Assembly (NCBI GenBank): GCA_964371555.1
Contig: CAYJMQ010000003.1
Span: 1,290-65,289, forward strand
Direction of reading: 5' to 3'
Origin: an uncultured bacterium
Lineage (GTDB): Bacteria > Bdellovibrionota > JACOXK01 > 2-02-FULL-40-11
Length of the DNA stretch: 64,000 bases
Shown here: positions 59,684 through 64,000 of the stretch, one piece after another
Layout of the letters: each line of letters begins with the position of its first letter
How positions within the stretch are numbered: position 1 is the first letter of the stretch
The notes under the pieces: generated by a model
Databases searched by the model: none
What the model saw: only the letters and a program-made list of their open reading frames with translations
Told to the model about the DNA's origin: nothing
Translations under genes and position numbers: made by a program

Positions 59684-60450
59684 AATCATTTTTTCTTTCA
59701 TCTTACACGCTCTGGAAACGGGAACTCGTCTGTTTTTTAAGACAGCCCTCCCGTTTGGCCTCGGCGCTGCTTCAGCCGCTGATTTTTTGGCTTTTTGTAG
59801 GGGGGGGGTTGAGTCCCTCCTTTAAGCCGACAGGGATGAATATCAGCTATCTGGAATATTTTTATCCGGGGATTCTTCTCATGACCCTTCTTTTTACTTC
59901 GATGTTTTCCATGTTTTCCATTATTGAAGATCGGGAGCGGGGATTTCTTCAGGCGGTTTTGGTCTCCCCGGCGCCGAGACTGAGTCTCGTTTTGGGAAAG
60001 ATTTTAGGTGGAGCGGCGATTGGGCTTTTTCAGGTGACTATTTTTTTGTTTCTTGCGCCGTTGATCGGGATTAAACTTTCCATATTTTCAATTCTCTCAA
60101 CGCTTGCGATTTTATTTCTCATTGCCGCCGTCATAACAAGTTTCGGATTTTCTATCGCATGGCAGATGGATTCGTTTCAGGCCTTTCACGCGATCATGAT
60201 GCTGATTCTCTTTCCGCTCTGGTTTTTATCCGGGGCTTTTTTTCCGTTGGATCATCTGCCGAAATTATTGGAATGGCTGACAAGGATCAATCCATTGACT
60301 TATGCGTTGTCTTCTCTCAGGGGGGCGCTTTATGAGAAAGGAACTTTCGAACTCCCCCCCTTTTGTATTTCTTTGTTGGTAACGATCTCTTTTGGTTTGG
60401 TCACATTTCTTATCTCGTGGTATTCAACGTGCAGGAAAAGATTAAGATGA
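59680..60450 (+). CDS. ABC-2 family transporter permease.
   Basis: Six TM helices. ATGA-type overlap with the upstream ATPase gene. Confidence 0.75.
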   Translation: MKSFFLSSYTLWKRELVCFLRQPSRLASALLQPLIFWLFVGGGLSPSFKPTGMNISYLEYFYPGILLMTLLFTSMFSMFSIIEDRERGFLQAVLVSPAPRLSLVLGKILGGAAIGLFQVTIFLFLAPLIGIKLSIFSILSTLAILFLIAAVITSFGFSIAWQMDSFQAFHAIMMLILFPLWFLSGAFFPLDHLPKLLEWLTRINPLTYALSSLRGALYEKGTFELPPFCISLLVTISFGLVTFLISWYSTCRKRLR

Positions 60451-61451
60451 TCAATCCCGTCTCTTTGACAAAAGCGCTTGTTCGGATTTCATCCCTCTCC
60501 GGCTCTGAAGAAAAGATTTCAAAATTTCTGGGCAAGCTTTTGAAAGAGAACGGTTTTGCCGTCAAGTATATTTATTCCGGACCTCGCCGCCCCAATCTTT
60601 TTGCATTCATCGGGAAACCCAAAATTCTCTTTTGTTCCCATCTGGATACGGTTCCCCCTTATTTTCCCCTAAGGGAAAACAAGGAGGAGATATATGGACG
60701 CGGAGCTTGTGACGCCAAAGGGGTTATTGCGGCGCAGATTGCGGCAGGTTTGAAATTAAAAGGAGAGGGTTATCCCATAGGCTTTCTTTATCTCGTCGGT
60801 GAAGAGGTCGATCATCGCGGCGCGATCGATGTTTCAAAAAAAATTCCAAACGTAGATGCGATCATTGTGGGGGAGCCGACAGAGAATCGAATGGCTGTGG
60901 CAACCAAAGGGATTGTGAAGATTAAACTCATTTCAAAAGGAAAAGCGGCCCATAGCGCTTATCCCAGCCGTGGCAAATCCGCTATCGATGCGCTGCTGAC
61001 AACCCTTGTCCGCATAAAAAAAAGGAAACTTTCCAAGACCAAAGAAATGGGGGCTTCCACATTGAATATTGGTGTTATTCATGGCGGATTTGCCGCGAAT
61101 ATTATTCCAGATGAGGCATCGGCAGAGATTCTTGTCAGGACAGTGACGAAGAGTCATCCTATTTTTGAAAAAATAAAACAAAGTTGTGAAAAAGGGGTAA
61201 GGATCATCCTTCAGAGTATCAATGATCCCGTTCAGCTAAATACAGCAGCGCGCTTTAAAACCACTGTAGTATCGTTCAACACAGATATTCCCTACTTAAA
61301 AACCAAAGCCAAAAAAATCTTCCTTCTCGGTCCGGGCTCTATTCTTGACGCGCATGGACCAGATGAGAAAATCGCAAAAAAAGAAATACTCAAAGCGGTT
61401 CGGCTTTATGAACAACTTGCCTTATTCAATACTTCCCGAAATCTTCGCTGA
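60447..61451 (+). CDS. M20-family metallopeptidase (ArgE/DapE-type deacylase).
   Basis: MINPVSLTKALVRISSLSGSEE...LFCSHLDTVPP...GACDAKG...GEEVDHRGA metal-ligand pattern. ATGA overlap with the permease gene. Confidence 0.7.
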   Translation: MINPVSLTKALVRISSLSGSEEKISKFLGKLLKENGFAVKYIYSGPRRPNLFAFIGKPKILFCSHLDTVPPYFPLRENKEEIYGRGACDAKGVIAAQIAAGLKLKGEGYPIGFLYLVGEEVDHRGAIDVSKKIPNVDAIIVGEPTENRMAVATKGIVKIKLISKGKAAHSAYPSRGKSAIDALLTTLVRIKKRKLSKTKEMGASTLNIGVIHGGFAANIIPDEASAEILVRTVTKSHPIFEKIKQSCEKGVRIILQSINDPVQLNTAARFKTTVVSFNTDIPYLKTKAKKIFLLGPGSILDAHGPDEKIAKKEILKAVRLYEQLALFNTSRNLR

Positions 61452-62546
61452 CGGATGATAAGGATGATCGAGGCCGAATTCGAGGCCGGCCTTGTTTTGA
61501 GTGGAAAGAATGGCGATGGCGCGGAAATTAAACGGGAAAAATATCCGGCGTTCGTAGAGCTCGACAGAGAGTTTTCCATTTAAGGTTTCATAGTCATGGA
61601 AAATATTTCCATCTGGCGTGGGGAACTCAAGATCCATCATCTGTTTCGGATCTGCGGCCGCGTGGACGAGGAGTTTATACCGTAAATTTTGGGCTCTAAT
61701 CGACCATGAGCCGAGATCCATCTCATATTCAAAAAGATATTTTGGCTCATTGGAACGAAATTCGTAAAGTTTCCCTTCATGATGGAGCGCCAGAAGTATT
61801 GCTGTAATTGGAATTTTTATTCCATTAGACATGGTTACCTCTCCCCCGCCGCCGACAAATGAGCTCTCGCTGTTTTCGTCAAAAGAATTTGCATTGAGCC
61901 AGAACCACCATTGTGGGAACGCGCGCCCCCAGTTGTGATCCTGATAGCCATCTGCTTTGTCAAAATGATAAGTTCTGCTATCTATGGTCAATATTCCAGA
62001 ATATAGGGCATCCATCTGGGCAGGGTACCAGTAGATATTAAAAAGGGAGGGGAAAAGAAATGTCCATCCGAGCGCATGCCAGCCTTTCTTTTTATCAATA
62101 GAAAAAGAAAAGCTGACCGAATGGCCTTTGTCTTCAAAGGAGGCCGAAATCATCTTTTCTGTGGCAGAATGAGCGCCAATGCGTGTTGAGAGGAGATCAT
62201 ACCGGGATTCAAATTCGGTGACGGGGTAGGAGGCATTGAGGATCATTTTTTGATGGAAGTCGCCAAAACTGATAAAAGCCCTTGAGTTTTCGGATACCCC
62301 TTCTTTATCCCAGGGGTTTACGATTCCATAGCAGAAATAAAAGCTTTGGTTTGTCTCAGGGTGAATGACCTTGTAGTACCACCATTCGTACCAATTACCT
62401 TTGTCGGTTTTGTTTGTGTTGCGATTCTGTCGGTTCCACTGATAGCTGTTGTAAAGGTCAATGTTATCCAACAGAGAAGAGGGGAGAGACGCGGCATTCA
62501 GAGGAGTAAACGATAGCGCGAGCAAAGACATTCCGATCAGTCTCAT
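61422..62546 (-). CDS. Secreted hypothetical protein, Trp/Tyr-rich. May have a lipocalin-like or hydratase-like fold.
   Basis: Signal peptide MRLIGMSLLALSFTPLNAAS, then WYEWWYYKV... No confident family assignment. Confidence 0.4.
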   Translation of the reverse strand: MRLIGMSLLALSFTPLNAASLPSSLLDNIDLYNSYQWNRQNRNTNKTDKGNWYEWWYYKVIHPETNQSFYFCYGIVNPWDKEGVSENSRAFISFGDFHQKMILNASYPVTEFESRYDLLSTRIGAHSATEKMISASFEDKGHSVSFSFSIDKKKGWHALGWTFLFPSLFNIYWYPAQMDALYSGILTIDSRTYHFDKADGYQDHNWGRAFPQWWFWLNANSFDENSESSFVGGGGEVTMSNGIKIPITAILLALHHEGKLYEFRSNEPKYLFEYEMDLGSWSIRAQNLRYKLLVHAAADPKQMMDLEFPTPDGNIFHDYETLNGKLSVELYERRIFFPFNFRAIAILSTQNKAGLEFGLDHPYHPSAKISGSIE

Positions 62547-62565
62547 TAAAAAGAGAGTAGCATAA

Positions 62566-63600
62566 TTAAAAAACTTCCAGAATGCAAAAATAGACGATCA
62601 TCATGAAAAGCCCCACGGGAACGCCGATTCTCGCCCACTCCCTGCTTGTGATTTTGAGTTTGTTTGCGGCAATAATGTTTGGAATATTGCCGGGGATGAG
62701 CATTCCACCGCTGATTAAAAGCGCCATAAGAATCGATTTCATTTGTTCAGCGGAAAGAGAGGGGCTGATTTCCGCGGCGGCGAGTGTCGCGTTATCCAAA
62801 ATCGCAGAAAGCATATTTATCCAAAATAAAATTCCGCTTGAAAGGGTAATCAAATAGGTATCGATGAGCGGCTTAAACCCTCCCCCCAGAAAAATGAGGG
62901 CCATCACGAAGAAATAGACTTTCAAAGCCCGTATAAACACCTCTTTGGCTGAATCTTCGCTTTTCCACAAAACCCTCTCCTCTTTGGCGCTTTTTCTTTT
63001 ATGAAACCAAACGGCGAATAGCCCAAGAGCGAAGACCGCGGGAATGATGAGGTATGAAAAATTTCTAAGAAGATACCAGAAATCAGCATCCCTTTTTGCG
63101 ACAACAATCGTACTTAGCGGTTCCCCGATGGGTGTCAGGGCCGCGCCGAAGCCGATTGAAAAACAGGCAATGACGGTAATCTGAATCATCTGTTGTCTGG
63201 GCACTTTTAAAAGAAGAATAAATTCGACGAGAATTAAAGAGGCGATAATCGCCGTGATGGCGCTTGAAACAAGACCCAAAAGCACAATGAGGAAAAAAAC
63301 AAAAAGATTGGCCGGCATGATCGTTAAAATGTGGGAGACCCCCGTTTCTAATTTTTTTCTCCCCCATTTGAAAGCCAATCCCGCCAAAAACACGGTAATG
63401 GTGATTGGAATTGGCTCCGTCAGCGCTTCGTGAATAATCTCTTTGCTCCAGAGCTTTGAAATCGTCAGAGCCAATATCCCCATCACAAAAAGAAAGAGCT
63501 CCAGATTATGTTCGATTTTTTTAGATGATAAAGGGAGAATAAAAACGAGAAGTAAAATAAGAATGAGCCCCCACTCAAAGATTTTTAAAGAGAGGAACAT
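62566..63600 (-). CDS. Polytopic inner-membrane protein (DUF-type, putative transporter).
   Basis: About ten hydrophobic helices and no soluble catalytic motifs. Confidence 0.4.
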   Translation of the reverse strand: MFLSLKIFEWGLILILLLVFILPLSSKKIEHNLELFLFVMGILALTISKLWSKEIIHEALTEPIPITITVFLAGLAFKWGRKKLETGVSHILTIMPANLFVFFLIVLLGLVSSAITAIIASLILVEFILLLKVPRQQMIQITVIACFSIGFGAALTPIGEPLSTIVVAKRDADFWYLLRNFSYLIIPAVFALGLFAVWFHKRKSAKEERVLWKSEDSAKEVFIRALKVYFFVMALIFLGGGFKPLIDTYLITLSSGILFWINMLSAILDNATLAAAEISPSLSAEQMKSILMALLISGGMLIPGNIPNIIAANKLKITSREWARIGVPVGLFMMIVYFCILEVF

Positions 63601-63765
63601 GTCTTATTTATAGAGATCGCTTCATGAAAATGCAAGCCGAAAGCCCCTTTTCTTCGGTATTGGGCGTGCGGTGTAAAAAATTCTTGAAGTGTATTTTTTA
63701 AAGTGTTTAAAGGAATATGTCGATAGAAAATAAGAGGAGACCTGTTTTTTTAAGGATGTAAGTCT

Positions 63766-64000
63766 GTGGTTCAAAATAATGTTTTACTCAATATTATCCT
63801 AAAACTTCTTCGCGTGGGGGCTTCGGATAAGCTCGAGAAGATTCTTAAAACCTCTTCCCCTGAAGAAATTCGATTGATCCTTCGCGAGCTCGATTTGAGA
63901 CAGAAGAGTATTTTTTTGAGTCTCTTATTCGATGCCAAGATGGCAGTTCATACCATTCGCGATTTTTCAACAGATCTGATCAGAGAAATTTTTAGCGATA
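63766..64000 (+). CDS. Partial ORF resembling an MgtE N-terminal domain. The C-terminus lies beyond the window.
   Basis: Open frame from a GTG at 63766, reading ...SPEEIRLILRELDLRQKSIFLSLLFDAKMAVHTIRDFSTDLIREIFSD, similar to the MgtE_N helical domain. Confidence 0.3.
   Translation, partial: MVQNNVLLNIILKLLRVGASDKLEKILKTSSPEEIRLILRELDLRQKSIFLSLLFDAKMAVHTIRDFSTDLIREIFSD

Noticed and set aside
63601-63765. Possible M-box (Mg) riboswitch upstream of the MgtE-like fragment
   Set aside because: The region is too short and lacks the conserved M-box core sequences. The MgtE assignment is itself tentative.

Overview
This 64-kb window is chromosomal DNA from a Gram-negative (diderm) bacterium, shown by kdsA/kdsD, LptB, an LptC/LptA-like protein, a LolA-like protein and an outer-membrane beta-barrel. 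Coding density is high and there are no rRNA or tRNA genes, no CRISPR arrays and no obvious IS elements.

Gene content from left to right:
- 1-10.2 kb: a surface-polysaccharide or O-antigen-type locus, with CDP- and dTDP-sugar enzymes, a GT2-cytidylyltransferase fusion, a polysaccharide deacetylase, a WecA-like initiating transferase, a GT1 enzyme and a UDP-sugar dehydrogenase.
- 10.2-14.3 kb: folK followed by a dapL-dapB-dapA-dapF operon, which is the aminotransferase route to diaminopimelate.
- 14.3-19.2 kb: a LolA-like gene, cspA with a promoter and long leader, and a complete rmlACBD operon.
- 19.2-30.6 kb: secreted hydrolases, a RodZ-like gene, selA, pyk, gdh and a membrane histidine kinase paired with a sigma-54-dependent response regulator.
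- 30.7-34.1 kb: a duplicated 32-bp palindromic repeat, a HigB/HigA-like toxin-antitoxin pair with a perfect palindromic operator, a VOC enzyme, a GC-rich hairpin island, and mtnP plus a PfkB kinase.
- 34.1-40.4 kb: an outer-membrane protein, a thioredoxin-like gene, an MDR-family dehydrogenase, and pyrG-kdsA-kdsD.
- 40.6-43.7 kb: two tandem paralogous secreted proteins of unknown function with Gly/Pro-rich microsatellite-encoded repeats. They sit exactly where kdsC normally lies, between kdsD and the lpt genes. This is the best candidate for an undescribed system in the window.
- 43.7-55.3 kb: a sigma-54-type promoter, an LptC/LptA-like fusion, lptB-rpoN-hpf-rapZ, metK (carrying an in-frame tandem-repeat insertion), ahcY and clpP-clpX-lon.
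- 55.3-64 kb: panD, a large membrane protein with a spermidine-synthase-like domain, a signal-peptide-bearing Pcm, an ABC-2 transporter coupled to an M20 peptidase, two hypothetical envelope proteins and a partial MgtE-like gene.
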